Source of the DNA: an uncultured delta proteobacterium
Lineage (GTDB): Bacteria > Myxococcota_A > Polyangia > Haliangiales > Haliangiaceae
Direction of reading: 5' to 3'
Length of the DNA: 64,000 bases
NCBI GenBank assembly: GCA_963848295.1
Contig: CAWKDB010000010.1
Span: 1,792,001-1,856,000 of the forward strand
The position numbers were made by a program, and so were the translations under genes. Position 1 is the first letter of the stretch; every line of letters starts with the position of its first letter. Of the stretch, positions 29,364-41,173 are shown piece after piece. Below the pieces are notes generated by a model. That model worked only from the letters and a program-made list of their open reading frames with translations, searched no databases and was not told the origin of the DNA.

Positions 29364-29971
29364 TGGAGCGCAAGAAGCTAGGCGAGCTGCTGATCGAGGC
29401 CGGCGCCTTGAGCGAAGCCGCGCTCGCGTCCGCGCTCAAGGAGCAGCGCCGGTGGGGCGGCTCGCTCGGCCGCATGCTCGTCGACATGAAGCTGGTCGGC
29501 GAGGACGAGCTCGTGCGCGTGTTGTCGCGCCAGCTCGGGCTCGCCGCGGTCGATCTCGATGCGCGTGTGATCGATCCGGCGGTGCTCGCGCTCGTGCCGA
29601 GCGAGCTCGCGCAGCAGTTCACGCTCGTGCCGTTCGCGAAGACCGCGACGACGCTCGACCTCGCGATGGCAGATCCGACGAACCTGGGGATCGTCGACGA
29701 GCTCAGGCTGCGCACGCAGCTCGCGATCGTCACGTACCTCGCGGGTCCGAAGATGATCGAGCGCGCCCTCGCCGCGCACTACGGCCACGGCCGCCGACCG
29801 GCGGTGCCGGAGGTGACCGCGCGCGATATCGAGATCGCCGCGCTCCAGGAGCGGATCTCGACACTCGAAGCCGCGGTCGCCCGCGACGAGCAGCTCGTGC
29901 GAAACCTCCTGGCGTTGCTCGTCGATCGAGGGGTCGTGACGCGCGACGACGTTCTCGACAAGCTGCGCTAG
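29363..29971 (+). CDS. Stand-alone MshEN/GspE N-terminal domain protein
   Basis: KLGELLIEAGAL....L..AL.EQ repeat and LAMADP; TGATG coupling with the upstream gene. Confidence 0.85.
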   Translation: MERKKLGELLIEAGALSEAALASALKEQRRWGGSLGRMLVDMKLVGEDELVRVLSRQLGLAAVDLDARVIDPAVLALVPSELAQQFTLVPFAKTATTLDLAMADPTNLGIVDELRLRTQLAIVTYLAGPKMIERALAAHYGHGRRPAVPEVTARDIEIAALQERISTLEAAVARDEQLVRNLLALLVDRGVVTRDDVLDKLR

Positions 29972-29981
29972 ACTACAGCGG

Positions 29982-31316
29982 ATGCGCACCGCAGCCGTCG
30001 TCACCGCGATGATCCTCGCTGCCAGCGTGGCTCGTGCCGGCAGTGACCCGCGGATCCCGACGTTGGTCGAGCAGCTCGACAAGATCACGTCCGCGCTGAG
30101 CTTCGCCGAGACCGATCCGATCGCGAAGCAGCTGATCGATATCGGCGAGCCGGCGGTCGACGCGCTGATCGACGTGATCGCGTGGGATCCTCGCATGACC
30201 CGCGCGACGTTCGATCGCGAGAGCGAGCTCGACCAGCCGATCGTCGTACCGGTCTATGTCGCGGCTTACACGATCGTCGAGCGGATCATCAACACGAGCT
30301 TCTTCTCGAGCGAGCGTTACGGCCGGCTGGTCGGCGGAGACCGCGCCGAGGTCGTCGCCGAGCTGCGCGCGCACTGGGCCGCGGTCCGCAAGTTTCCGCA
30401 CCGGGCCGATCGCTGGTTCGCGATCCTGTCCGATGACAATGCGACGCCGGACGATTGGGTCGACTCTGCGGGCCGGATCACCGGGCCGACCAAGGAGTTC
30501 TTCGCGCCCGATCGGCGACTGCCGGTGCGCGACGGGATCCGCGGCGAAGAGCTGCGCAGCCGCACGACGCCATCGGTGACCGAGCTGATCGAGAAGCGGA
30601 TCGCCGAAGTCCCGGTCGACGACGGCTGCACGTTGACCGAGATGCTCGTCCGCTGGGATTCGACGATCGCGCTGCCGATCGTGCGCTCGCAGATGGCACG
30701 CGCGTTCGCCCAGACCGGCACGACGCACGAGCTGCACGGCTGCTTGTCGTCGCTCGTCGAGCTCCGCTCCGCCCTCGGTGATCTGACCGGGGTCGACGAG
30801 TACGCGACGTGGCTCGCCGGGACGGTCGCGCCCGACAGCTACGTCACCGGCGAGCTCGAGCCGCTCGGCGCGCACGCCGATCGGCCAGCGGCGCAGCACG
30901 CGGCCGAGATCCTGTTCGGCCGCGGGTCGCCGTGGCTACCTCTCGTCGACCTCGCGAACATCGAGAACAGCGCGATCCATCCGTGGATCGCGTTGCCGCT
31001 CTACGGCCTCGCCGGCTTCCGCGCGCACCTGGCGGCCGCGCTCGCCGACACGCACGTCGTCGCGACGGTCGTGACCGAGCCGCCGCGGCGCTATCGGGTC
31101 GACCACGCCGACTGGACGTACGGCTACGACCTCGCGGCCGGCGACGCCACGCTCGGCAAGGTCGTGTCGCAGCCGGTTCGCGTCTGCGATTTCTACGCGC
31201 ACGAGATCGCCAAGCGCGAGGGCGCCCCGAAGTTCGAGCTCTACTGGTCGCTCGCGCGCCGCACCGCGGCGATCAAGGCTCAGCTCGGGTGGCTCGCGAC
31301 GCTCGCGAAGCACTGA
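29982..31316 (+). CDS. Exported helical hypothetical protein
   Basis: Signal peptide; HEAT-like LIDIGEPAVDALI; coding-type codon bias. Confidence 0.62.
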   Translation: MRTAAVVTAMILAASVARAGSDPRIPTLVEQLDKITSALSFAETDPIAKQLIDIGEPAVDALIDVIAWDPRMTRATFDRESELDQPIVVPVYVAAYTIVERIINTSFFSSERYGRLVGGDRAEVVAELRAHWAAVRKFPHRADRWFAILSDDNATPDDWVDSAGRITGPTKEFFAPDRRLPVRDGIRGEELRSRTTPSVTELIEKRIAEVPVDDGCTLTEMLVRWDSTIALPIVRSQMARAFAQTGTTHELHGCLSSLVELRSALGDLTGVDEYATWLAGTVAPDSYVTGELEPLGAHADRPAAQHAAEILFGRGSPWLPLVDLANIENSAIHPWIALPLYGLAGFRAHLAAALADTHVVATVVTEPPRRYRVDHADWTYGYDLAAGDATLGKVVSQPVRVCDFYAHEIAKREGAPKFELYWSLARRTAAIKAQLGWLATLAKH

Positions 31317-31320
31317 CCCG

Positions 31321-32820
<1,500 letters not shown>

Positions 32821-32838
32821 CACAGCGACGGTATCACG

Positions 32839-33558
32839 TCAGTTGACCCAGCGTTGCTGGTCGCGCTTCGGCTTGCCGCCCTCGAGCACGGTCAGTCGCG
32901 CGCGCGCGCGTTTGATCCGCCAGCGTTTCCACGCGAGTCCCGGGTTCATCGTCCGCGAGGTCAGCAACGCCGCCGCCGCGATCGCCGACGCGTACGCCGC
33001 GCCCTCTTCCCACTTCTGTTGCAGCACGATGAACAGCGTGACGAAGCCGAGGAAGCCGAACATCATCTGTCGGCCTGTCATCTTGATGTAAAACGAGAAC
33101 GTCACTTGCTGGCGCGGATACATGATGCCGTACGCGACGATCGCGGCGTACATGAACGGGCTGAGGCCCGAGATCGCGACCGGGCTGTCGGTGCCGCCCA
33201 GCGCGAGCCCGAGCAGGCACCCGCCGAGCGTGCCCGCGATCGAGGTGATCGCGACGAACCGATAGAGCCGCGGCGTGCCCCAGAACCGTTCGAGCGTCGG
33301 CACGAACATCCACAAGATCAGGCCGCTCATGATCAGCTGGACGAAGCTCACCTCGAGCAACGGGCTCGTGACGAGCGTCCACACGTGGCCGGCGTCGAAC
33401 ACCGATCGCGGCGAGGCGGCGACCCATTCTGCGAGCGATTGCTTGGCCTCGGGGGCGGCGAGCAGCCACAGCACCGACATCGCGAGCTCGACGACGAGGA
33501 TCGTCAGCGCGCCGCGCGTGAATCGCGCTTGCTTGAGGCTGTCGCGAAAGCTGCTCAC
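32839..33558 (-). CDS. Rhomboid-like intramembrane protein (catalytic His not evident)
   Basis: VWTLVTSPLL, LERFWG, GLSP and about 6 TM helices. Confidence 0.75.
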   Translation of the reverse strand: MSSFRDSLKQARFTRGALTILVVELAMSVLWLLAAPEAKQSLAEWVAASPRSVFDAGHVWTLVTSPLLEVSFVQLIMSGLILWMFVPTLERFWGTPRLYRFVAITSIAGTLGGCLLGLALGGTDSPVAISGLSPFMYAAIVAYGIMYPRQQVTFSFYIKMTGRQMMFGFLGFVTLFIVLQQKWEEGAAYASAIAAAALLTSRTMNPGLAWKRWRIKRARARLTVLEGGKPKRDQQRWVN

Positions 33559-33684
33559 AGAAGTGAAGTTAGCACGCTGGCTCGACCAGCCTTTGCCACC
33601 CCCTGTGATCGCCCAGGTAACCGCGTCGCGATTCGACCCGATCCGACTTCAACGCATGGACTGGGGCATGTTATCCCTGTGGGC

Positions 33685-34134
33685 ATGAGGAAAATCCTGG
33701 TTGGTCTTGTTCTATCTTTGGCTATCGCCGCCTGCAGCAGCAGCGACGACAGCGCGGCGGTTCCCGAGGGGAACTGGGACGTCACGCTGACGTTCTTGTC
33801 GGGCGGCACCTGCACGGGTCTGCCAGCCACGTTCGACATCAACTTCGACATCACCGACGACGGCGCGGGCGGCTACAACCTCGCCGCGAACACCGGTCTC
33901 ACCGGCGACACGGTGGGTGGATCGATGGATTGCACCTCGGTCACCGAGTGCGACCTCCAGTTCACCGATAGCGGCCCGGGCTCGGAAGACTCCGACGTCG
34001 ATACCCAGACGATCTCGGCTGATCTCGTCGAGGACAACGCAGATCAGGTCACCGGCACCGGCACGATCAACTTCGTCCTGACCGACGGCTCGGACTGCAG
34101 CGTCAACTTCGACGCCGACGGCGACGTCATCTAG
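33685..34134 (+). CDS. Small acidic lipoprotein
   Basis: MRKILVGLVLSLAIAAC lipobox; forms the 3' end of the long 31585-34134 track ORF. Confidence 0.75.
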   Translation: MRKILVGLVLSLAIAACSSSDDSAAVPEGNWDVTLTFLSGGTCTGLPATFDINFDITDDGAGGYNLAANTGLTGDTVGGSMDCTSVTECDLQFTDSGPGSEDSDVDTQTISADLVEDNADQVTGTGTINFVLTDGSDCSVNFDADGDVI

Positions 34135-34149
34135 TCCTTGTCGGGCGGC

Positions 34150-34854
34150 CTACTGGCCGTCGATCGAAATCATCACCGAGCCTAGCTCGGTGACCTGATT
34201 GGGGGTCGTGATCTCGCGGTTCGCGAGGCTCGCGTAGGCCCCGTCGTGGCTCCCGCCGGTCTCGGCGCCGATCGCGACGTCGTACGTGCCGGCGACGATC
34301 GCCGGCGTGTACGCCGATCCGAGCTCGCACTCGAGCAGGGTGTCGGCGCTCGCGTTCGCGCTCGTGCTCGCGACCTCGATGCCGTCGATCGCGATCGCGC
34401 CGCAGTCGAGCGTCGATCCCGACGTCGCGCCGACCAACGTCCACGCCAGGTGAAAGTAGCCGGCGTCGTCGTAGAGGATCGTCGCGAACGCCTGATCGAC
34501 CTCGTGCAGGTCGAGCGTCTGGTGCAGGGACGTCGCCCACACCGTGCCGTCCGAGCTCTCGATCACGAGCCCGGTGTCGTAGGTCGCCGGTGTCACCGGC
34601 GCGCTCGTACCTTCGCCGTCGTCGCACGGAAACTGCGTCGTCGTGGCCGCGCCCGATGGCAGGCCGGAGCTGTCATCGAGCGGCTGGGTGACGAGCGCCG
34701 CGATCGGGAACCCACTCGGACACGCGATCGGATCGCCGGACTCGAGATCGCCGAGCTGCCAGGTCGCGGTGACGAACGCTTGATCGCTGTTGCCACCGCT
34801 GTGGATGTCGCAACCCGCGACGAGCGCGACCGGGATCAGGGTTCGCAGATGCAT
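34150..34854 (-). CDS. Lipoprotein with two tandem Cys-containing beta domains
   Basis: Lipobox VAGC; internal repeat TWQL..C..FPC..G / AWTL..C..LEC..G. Confidence 0.7.
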   Translation of the reverse strand: MHLRTLIPVALVAGCDIHSGGNSDQAFVTATWQLGDLESGDPIACPSGFPIAALVTQPLDDSSGLPSGAATTTQFPCDDGEGTSAPVTPATYDTGLVIESSDGTVWATSLHQTLDLHEVDQAFATILYDDAGYFHLAWTLVGATSGSTLDCGAIAIDGIEVASTSANASADTLLECELGSAYTPAIVAGTYDVAIGAETGGSHDGAYASLANREITTPNQVTELGSVMISIDGQ

Positions 34855-35333
34855 GGGTGGGTCGCCGGATCGCACGATGACACTTGGAGCACGAGCTCGA
34901 CCGCGCCGAGGTTGACGATGTTGCCGGTCACGACGCTGCGCTGGATCGGTGCCGCGGCTTCATACGACAACGGCGATGCCGGACCATCCGCGCACACCGG
35001 CGTGATCGTGAGCAGCGCATCACCCTCGTCGAGATCGAAACCGGTGACACCGTGATTCTGCGTGCAGTCCCAGCGCGCGGTGCAGCGCTCGCCGGTGCAC
35101 GGCGACCACGCGATCTCGATCTCGCTCACCGGCGAGGTATCCGGCAACTCCTTGCCGTTCTGCGTGATGTTGCAGTCGAGGAAGGGGTTCTTCGGATCGC
35201 TCGCCGGTCCGCTCGCGGGTCGCAGCTTCCACGACAGCTCGACCGCGCCGCCGTCGACGCGGGTACAGCCGCATGCGACGACGAGCGCGGCGCAAGCGAT
35301 TCGTCGTCGGCTGCTCAATTGACCCGGCATCAT
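34836..35333 (-). CDS. Cys-rich lipoprotein, single-domain relative of the downstream gene
   Basis: Lipobox ACGC, ELSWKL..C..WDC..G and VNLGAV. Start uncertain. Confidence 0.65.
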   Translation of the reverse strand: MMPGQLSSRRRIACAALVVACGCTRVDGGAVELSWKLRPASGPASDPKNPFLDCNITQNGKELPDTSPVSEIEIAWSPCTGERCTARWDCTQNHGVTGFDLDEGDALLTITPVCADGPASPLSYEAAAPIQRSVVTGNIVNLGAVELVLQVSSCDPATHPCICEP

Positions 35334-35358
35334 GGCGCGTGCTATCGAAGCCGTCATT

Positions 35359-36075
35359 ATGCCAGGGTTTTCGCCGGCACACGCAACGTCGGCCCTCGCG
35401 GCAAGCCTCGACATCCCGCAGCTGTTCAACCAGGCGCATTGGACCGTCCAGGCCGTGATGATCCTGCTCGTGATCATGTTCGTGATCGGGCTCTACATCA
35501 TCATCTACAAGCGGCTGTACATCGGCCGCGCCGCGAACGAGTCGCAGCAGTTCACCGACGCGTTCTGGAAATCGCGCGACATCGAGCAGATCTACAAGCA
35601 GGCGCAGCAGATGCGGAACAGTCCGGTCGCACAGATGTTCGTCGCCGGCTACACCGAGCTCGCGAAGCTCGCGTCGGACGAGGCGCTCAAGGGCGATCGC
35701 GAAGGCAACCTCGCGAACATCGAGCGCGCGCTGCGCCGCTCGCAGACCCACGAGACGACCAAGCTCGAGTCGATGGTGCCGTTCCTCGCGACGACCGGCT
35801 CGGCCGCACCGTTCATCGGCCTGCTCGGCACGGTCATGGGCATCTTGTTCGCGTTCCTCGACATCGCCGATTCGAAGAACTCGGCGCCGACGATCAAGAC
35901 CGTCGGCCCTCACATAGCCGAAGCGCTGTTCGCGACCGCGATCGGCCTCGCTGCGGCGATCCCGGCGGTCATGGCGTACAACTACTTCACGCGGCGCATC
36001 CGCGTGCTGAGATCCGAGATGGAGACGTTCGAGCAGGACTATCTCAACATCATCAAGCGGCACTTCCTGAGGTAG
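35359..36075 (+). CDS. tolQ: TolQ proton-channel protein
   Basis: [21 protein letters not shown] and [19 protein letters not shown]. Confidence 0.88.
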   Translation: MPGFSPAHATSALAASLDIPQLFNQAHWTVQAVMILLVIMFVIGLYIIIYKRLYIGRAANESQQFTDAFWKSRDIEQIYKQAQQMRNSPVAQMFVAGYTELAKLASDEALKGDREGNLANIERALRRSQTHETTKLESMVPFLATTGSAAPFIGLLGTVMGILFAFLDIADSKNSAPTIKTVGPHIAEALFATAIGLAAAIPAVMAYNYFTRRIRVLRSEMETFEQDYLNIIKRHFLR

Positions 36076-36081
36076 CGCGCG

Positions 36082-36540
36082 ATGGCGATGAAAGCGGGCG
36101 GCGACGGCGAGCTCAACTCCGACATCAACGTGACCCCGATGGTCGACGTCATGCTCGTACTGCTCATCATCTTCATGATCACCGCGCCGATGATGAACAC
36201 CGGGGTCGAGATCGAGCTGCCGCAGGTCACCGCGAAGAACATCGAAGATCCCGAGGGCAAGCTCGTGCTGACGATCGATCAAGACCGCAAGATCACGCTC
36301 GGCGGAACGCCGATCAAATGGGAAGAGCTCGCGGCCAAGCTCAAGCTCAACAACCGGGTCCAGACCGAAAGCGCGATCTACATCGACGCCGCGGACAACC
36401 TGCAATATGGCGCGGTCGCCAGGGCCATGGCGGTCGCGAAAAACGCCGGGGTAGCCAAGGTCATGCTCCTGACCAACCCCGAAGACGACGCTAAGCTCGC
36501 GGACGATATGAAGAAGCTCGACGAGAACAAGAGCCCCTGA
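36082..36540 (+). CDS. tolR: TolR/ExbD protein
   Basis: [22 protein letters not shown]. Confidence 0.87.
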   Translation: MAMKAGGDGELNSDINVTPMVDVMLVLLIIFMITAPMMNTGVEIELPQVTAKNIEDPEGKLVLTIDQDRKITLGGTPIKWEELAAKLKLNNRVQTESAIYIDAADNLQYGAVARAMAVAKNAGVAKVMLLTNPEDDAKLADDMKKLDENKSP

Positions 36541-36561
36541 CGGACGTCTTAGTAGAGAGCC

Positions 36562-37263
36562 ATGAGCCTGCGCGACAACGACATCACGGTGGTCTCGATC
36601 GTGGCCACCGCCGTGGTCAGCGGGGCCCTGTTCGCGCTCATGGTCTACATGCAAGTCGAGAAAGTGGACGTCAAGCCGGACCTCGGCAACGAGAACGTGA
36701 TCGAGGCGTCGATCGCGTATCGCAGCGCGCCGCACAAGCAGCCGCAGAAAGAATTCAAGCCGCCCGATCCGGTCGTGAAGCCGGTCGGCGTGTCGCACGA
36801 CGATAAGGCCAAGCCGGTGGAGCCGAAGAAAGACCCGCCGAAGAAACCGGACGACAAGACCGTCGACCAGAAGCTCAACCAGTTCCACCACTCGAGCGAC
36901 GACGACCCCACCGGCCCGCTGACCAAGCCCACGGTCGGCGATCTGAACGGTGCCGCGGACGGCAACGCGGCGGTGTCGAAGGGCGACCCGTTCTTCGCCC
37001 GGCTCAACCGCGACATGCATTATCAGCCGCCGGCGATCGCGAAGGGCGATAGCGTGCCCGTCGGGTGCATCTTGCTCGCGCCCGATGGCAAGATCACGGA
37101 TTACAAGTTCAAGGTGAAGACCGACGACGACCTGCAGATCGCCGCCGAAGCTTCGCTCAGAGGCCTGCAGAAGATCCGCAACGAGACTCCCGAGGAAGTG
37201 CCGACCCGTCTGCTTCACTTCACCGAGCACTACTTATGCTTCAAGTTCACGCTCACGCCGTAA
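36562..37263 (+). CDS. TolA/TonB-like energy transducer
   Basis: N-terminal TM, Pro/Lys-rich spacer and TonB-C-like domain; lies between tolR and tolB. Confidence 0.7.
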   Translation: MSLRDNDITVVSIVATAVVSGALFALMVYMQVEKVDVKPDLGNENVIEASIAYRSAPHKQPQKEFKPPDPVVKPVGVSHDDKAKPVEPKKDPPKKPDDKTVDQKLNQFHHSSDDDPTGPLTKPTVGDLNGAADGNAAVSKGDPFFARLNRDMHYQPPAIAKGDSVPVGCILLAPDGKITDYKFKVKTDDDLQIAAEASLRGLQKIRNETPEEVPTRLLHFTEHYLCFKFTLTP

Positions 37264-38516
37264 TCGCCGCCCTCGCGCTCTCGCTCGTGGCGCCCGCCTT
37301 GGCGCACGCGGATGACGTGTCGATCGACGTCGGCGGTCACAAGAAGGGCCTGTATCCCATCGCGACGCCGGTGGCCGTCGAAGGCGATCTCGCCGCGGCG
37401 AAGGAGATCGCGCAGATCGAGTCGTTCGATCTCTCGGTCGCCGGCGTGTTCAAGGTGCTCGATCCGCAATCGTTCCTCGCCGATCTCAAGTCCGAGGGCA
37501 TGTCGATCGATCCGCAGAAGTGGCAAGACGTCGGCGCGTACGGCGTGATCAAGTTCAAGGCGACCGCCGATTCCGTCGAGTTCCGGCTCTACGAGGTCTC
37601 GAAGGGCGCGACCGCGACGCTGACCAAGACATTTCCGCGCAAGGGCGACATGCGCACGCTCGTCCATCGCTGGTGCAACGACGTGGTCAAGTACTACACG
37701 AACGAGCCCGGGTTCTTCGGCTCGAAGATCGCGTTCACCGCGAAGGGCAGAGGCACCAGCTCGATCATGGCGATGGACTTCGACGGCGCGAACGCCTACT
37801 CGGTGTCGCACAACACGTCGACGAACATCTTGCCGGCGTGGTCGCCGACCGGCGCGCAGATCGCCTACACGTCGTTCATGCGCGAGAACCCCGACCTCTA
37901 CGTCTCGGCGGGCAGCTCGCGACCGAAGAGGCTGAGCGCGCAGCGCGGGATGAACACCGGCGCGTCGTGGTCGCCGGACGGCAGCAAGATCGCGCTGACG
38001 TTGTCGAAGGACGGCAACCCGGAGATCTACATCATCAACGCGAACGACGGCGCGATCATCAAGCGGATCACGAACGACAAGGCGATCGACACCTCGCCCG
38101 CGTGGTCACCGGATGGCTCGACGCTGGCGTTCGTCAGCGATCGCAACGGCGGTCCGCAGATCTTCGTCGTGCCCGCGAGCGGCGGGACGCCGAAGCAAGT
38201 CTCGTTCGACGGCAACTACAACACGACGCCGGCATGGTCGCCGAAAGCCGGCAAGCACGTCATCGCATACACCACGCGCGATGGCGGCACCTACGACATC
38301 GTCACGCTCGATCTCGACACCGGCGTCAGCACGCGCATCACCCAGAACATGGGCCAAAACGAAGAGCCATCGTTCTCGCCGAACGGGCGAGCGATCGCGT
38401 TCGCGCGCCAGGGCCAGGGCATCTTCATCGCAAATGCGGATGGCACGGGCACGCCGGTCAAGGTCTGGAGCGGCAGCGCGACCGGCGTCGACTGGGGCCC
38501 TGCCCCGAGCCAGTAG
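37236..38516 (+). CDS. tolB: TolB beta-propeller protein
   Basis: Signal peptide, TolB-N-like region, repeated PD40 motifs ([29 protein letters not shown]). Confidence 0.88.
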   Translation: MLQVHAHAVIAALALSLVAPALAHADDVSIDVGGHKKGLYPIATPVAVEGDLAAAKEIAQIESFDLSVAGVFKVLDPQSFLADLKSEGMSIDPQKWQDVGAYGVIKFKATADSVEFRLYEVSKGATATLTKTFPRKGDMRTLVHRWCNDVVKYYTNEPGFFGSKIAFTAKGRGTSSIMAMDFDGANAYSVSHNTSTNILPAWSPTGAQIAYTSFMRENPDLYVSAGSSRPKRLSAQRGMNTGASWSPDGSKIALTLSKDGNPEIYIINANDGAIIKRITNDKAIDTSPAWSPDGSTLAFVSDRNGGPQIFVVPASGGTPKQVSFDGNYNTTPAWSPKAGKHVIAYTTRDGGTYDIVTLDLDTGVSTRITQNMGQNEEPSFSPNGRAIAFARQGQGIFIANADGTGTPVKVWSGSATGVDWGPAPSQ

Positions 38517-38557
38517 CCGCGTTCGCCGCTGCGATAGTCGCAGAGGTATGCTGCGCC

Positions 38558-40114
38558 ATGCTCGGTGTCTCGAAGATCATCGCGGGCGAGCCGCCGCGGG
38601 TCAAGCTGCCTCGCGCGTACAACGCCGCGGTCGATCTGATCGACCGGCATGTCGCCGAGGGTCGCGGCGATCGCGCCGCGGTGATCGACGACGACGGCCG
38701 ATTCACGTATCGCGAGCTCGCCGAGCGCAGCGATCGCGCGGCCACCGCACTCGCCGGGCTCGGAGTCCGTGCCGAACAACGCGTAGCGCTGTGCCTGCTC
38801 GATTCGATCGAGTTTCCGACCGCGTTCGCCGGCGCGATGAAGCTCGGCGCCGTGCCGGTCCCGCTCAACACGCTGCTCACCGCCGACGACTACGTCTACC
38901 TGCTGCGCGACATGCGGGCGAGCGCGCTCGTCGTGAGCGAACCGTTGCTCGGCAAGCTCGCGCCCGCGATCGCGGCCGGCCCGGGCCTCGCGGTCGCGGT
39001 CGTCGGCGCTGCGGGCGTGTACCCGGCGTGGCGAGCGCTCGTCGAGCAGGCCCAGCCGATCGCCGCGGCCGCCGAGACCACGCCGGACGATGTCGGGTTC
39101 TGGCTGTACTCGTCGGGCTCGACCGGCAAGCCGAAGGGCGCGATGCACCTGCACGCCAGCTTGCCGTGGACCGCCGCACTCTACGCGCAGGCGATCCTCG
39201 GGATCCGGCCGGACGACGTCGTGTACTCCGCCGCGAAGTTGTTCTTCGCGTACGGCCTCGGCAACGCGCTGACGTTCCCGTTCTCGGTCGGCGCGACCGC
39301 GGTGCTGTGCTCGGACCGGCCGACGCCCGCGACCGTGATGCGCGTGATGCGGACGCACCAACCGACGATCTTCGGCGGGGTCCCGACGTTGTACGCGTCG
39401 CTGCTCGCCGACCCGGCGCTGACGCGCGAGGTCGCGCCCGGTTTGCGCGTCTCGACATCCGCGGGCGAGGCGCTGCCGAAGCACATCGGCGAGCGCTGGC
39501 GCGACCGCATGGGCAGCGAGATCCTCGACGGCATCGGCTCGACCGAGATGCTGCACATCTTCTTGTCGAATGCGCCGGGCGACGTCCATTACGGCACGAC
39601 CGGGCGGCCGGTGCCCGGCTACGAGCTCGAGCTGCGCCAAGACGACGGCTCGCCGTGTACCGGCGACGAAGGCTCGCTGTGGGTGCGCGGCCCGTCGAGC
39701 GCGATCGCGTACTGGAACGATCGAGTACGCAGCGTGTCGACGTTTCACGGCCCGTGGACGCGCACCGGCGATCGCTACCTGCGCAACCCCGACGGCACGT
39801 GGACGTACTGCGGCCGCGCCGACGACATGCTCAAGGTCGGCGGGATCTGGGTGTCGCCGTTCGAGGTCGAGTCGGCGCTCGCGTCGCATCCGGCCGTGCT
39901 CGAGTGCGCGGTCGTCGGCGCCGAGGACAAAGACGGCCTGACCAAGCCGAAAGCGTTCGTCGTGTTGCGCGCGGAGGCGAAGGCCGAGCCGACCGAGTTG
40001 CAAGCCTTCGTCAAGGACCGGCTCGCGCCGTTCAAGTATCCGCGCTGGGTCGATCTCGTGACCGAGCTGCCGAAGACTGCGACCGGCAAGATCCAGCGGT
40101 TCAAGCTCCGGTGA
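38558..40114 (+). CDS. Benzoate-CoA ligase family
   Basis: YNAAVDLI, FWLYSSGSTGKPKG, AKLFFAYGLGN, DGIGSTEMLHIFLS and LPKTATGKIQRF. Confidence 0.9.
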   Translation: MLGVSKIIAGEPPRVKLPRAYNAAVDLIDRHVAEGRGDRAAVIDDDGRFTYRELAERSDRAATALAGLGVRAEQRVALCLLDSIEFPTAFAGAMKLGAVPVPLNTLLTADDYVYLLRDMRASALVVSEPLLGKLAPAIAAGPGLAVAVVGAAGVYPAWRALVEQAQPIAAAAETTPDDVGFWLYSSGSTGKPKGAMHLHASLPWTAALYAQAILGIRPDDVVYSAAKLFFAYGLGNALTFPFSVGATAVLCSDRPTPATVMRVMRTHQPTIFGGVPTLYASLLADPALTREVAPGLRVSTSAGEALPKHIGERWRDRMGSEILDGIGSTEMLHIFLSNAPGDVHYGTTGRPVPGYELELRQDDGSPCTGDEGSLWVRGPSSAIAYWNDRVRSVSTFHGPWTRTGDRYLRNPDGTWTYCGRADDMLKVGGIWVSPFEVESALASHPAVLECAVVGAEDKDGLTKPKAFVVLRAEAKAEPTELQAFVKDRLAPFKYPRWVDLVTELPKTATGKIQRFKLR

Positions 40115-40866
40115 TCAATGTCGACGGGATCGAGCTCGAGACCGCGTGGATCGGCGAGCCGGCGTCCGGCCCGGTGCTCGTATTCCTGCACGAGGGGCTC
40201 GGCTCGCTCGAGCAGTGGCGCGAGATGCCGGCCGAGCTCGTTCGCCGCACCGGCTTGCCCGCGTTCGTATATTCGCGCCAGGGCTACGGCGCGTCATCGC
40301 CGGTCGCAGTGCCGCGACCGCTGACCTACATGCACGACGAGGCGGTGCGACTGCCGCGGATCCTCGCGGCGGCAGGGGTCGCCGATCCGATCCTCGTCGG
40401 GCACAGCGACGGCGCGTCGATCGCGATCATCGCCGCCGGCTCGCATGTCGTGTCGCCGCGCGCCCTCGTGCTGATCGCGCCGCACGTCTTCGTCGAGCAG
40501 GTCTCGGTGACTTCGATCGCGGCGGCGGCCGATGCGTATCGCACGGGAGACCTGCGCGCACGCCTCGCGCGCTTTCACCGCGACGTCGACGGCGCATTCT
40601 GGGGCTGGAACCGCGCTTGGCTCGATCCCGCGTTCCGCGCGTGGAACCTCGAGATCTACCTGCCGGCGATCACGGCACCGGCCCTCGTCGTCCAGGGCGA
40701 TGCCGACGAGTACGGCACGCGTGCGCAAGTCGACGCGATCGCGCGCCAGCTCGGCGGCCGATGCGAGGTCGCGATGATCGCGGCGGCCGGCCACGCACCG
40801 CAGCGGCAGCAACCGGAGGCGGTCTACGCCCGGATCGCCGGGTTCGTCGCGAGTGTCATCCGGTGA
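40111..40866 (+). CDS. Alpha/beta hydrolase
   Basis: FLHEGLGS, GHSDG, QGDADEYG and GHAP; GTGA overlap with the ligase. Confidence 0.88.
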   Translation: MINVDGIELETAWIGEPASGPVLVFLHEGLGSLEQWREMPAELVRRTGLPAFVYSRQGYGASSPVAVPRPLTYMHDEAVRLPRILAAAGVADPILVGHSDGASIAIIAAGSHVVSPRALVLIAPHVFVEQVSVTSIAAAADAYRTGDLRARLARFHRDVDGAFWGWNRAWLDPAFRAWNLEIYLPAITAPALVVQGDADEYGTRAQVDAIARQLGGRCEVAMIAAAGHAPQRQQPEAVYARIAGFVASVIR

Positions 40867-41173
40867 GCGCGGACATCGCGGCCCACGAGGCGGCGAGCAT
40901 CGACGCGGCGAACGCGAACGCGGCGGGCCTGTCCCACCACCGCACCGGCGGCTCGAACACGCGCGCGACCGACGCGCGAATGCGCAGGCGCAGCGCGTCG
41001 CTCGGCGGTGCACTGTCGGCGCCGGTCTCGATCGCGCGCTTGACCTCGAGCAGCTCTCGCAGGCACGCGCCGCACGTCATCAGGTGCGCTTCGATCGAAG
41101 CTCGCTCGGCGAGCGTCACCACGCCGAAGTGAAAACCGACGAGCTGAGGCTGGATCGCTTCGCAGTCGCTCAT
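40856..41173 (-). CDS. Zinc-binding (zf-HC2/ZAS) anti-sigma factor
   Basis: HLMTCGAC (HxxxCxxC) and C-terminal TM; ATGA overlap with the sigma gene. Confidence 0.85.
   Translation of the reverse strand: MSDCEAIQPQLVGFHFGVVTLAERASIEAHLMTCGACLRELLEVKRAIETGADSAPPSDALRLRIRASVARVFEPPVRWWDRPAAFAFAASMLAASWAAMSALTG

Noticed and set aside
35359..36540. AglR/AglQ/AglS gliding motor
   Set aside because: There is only one TolR-like gene and the cluster includes tolB, which fits Tol better.
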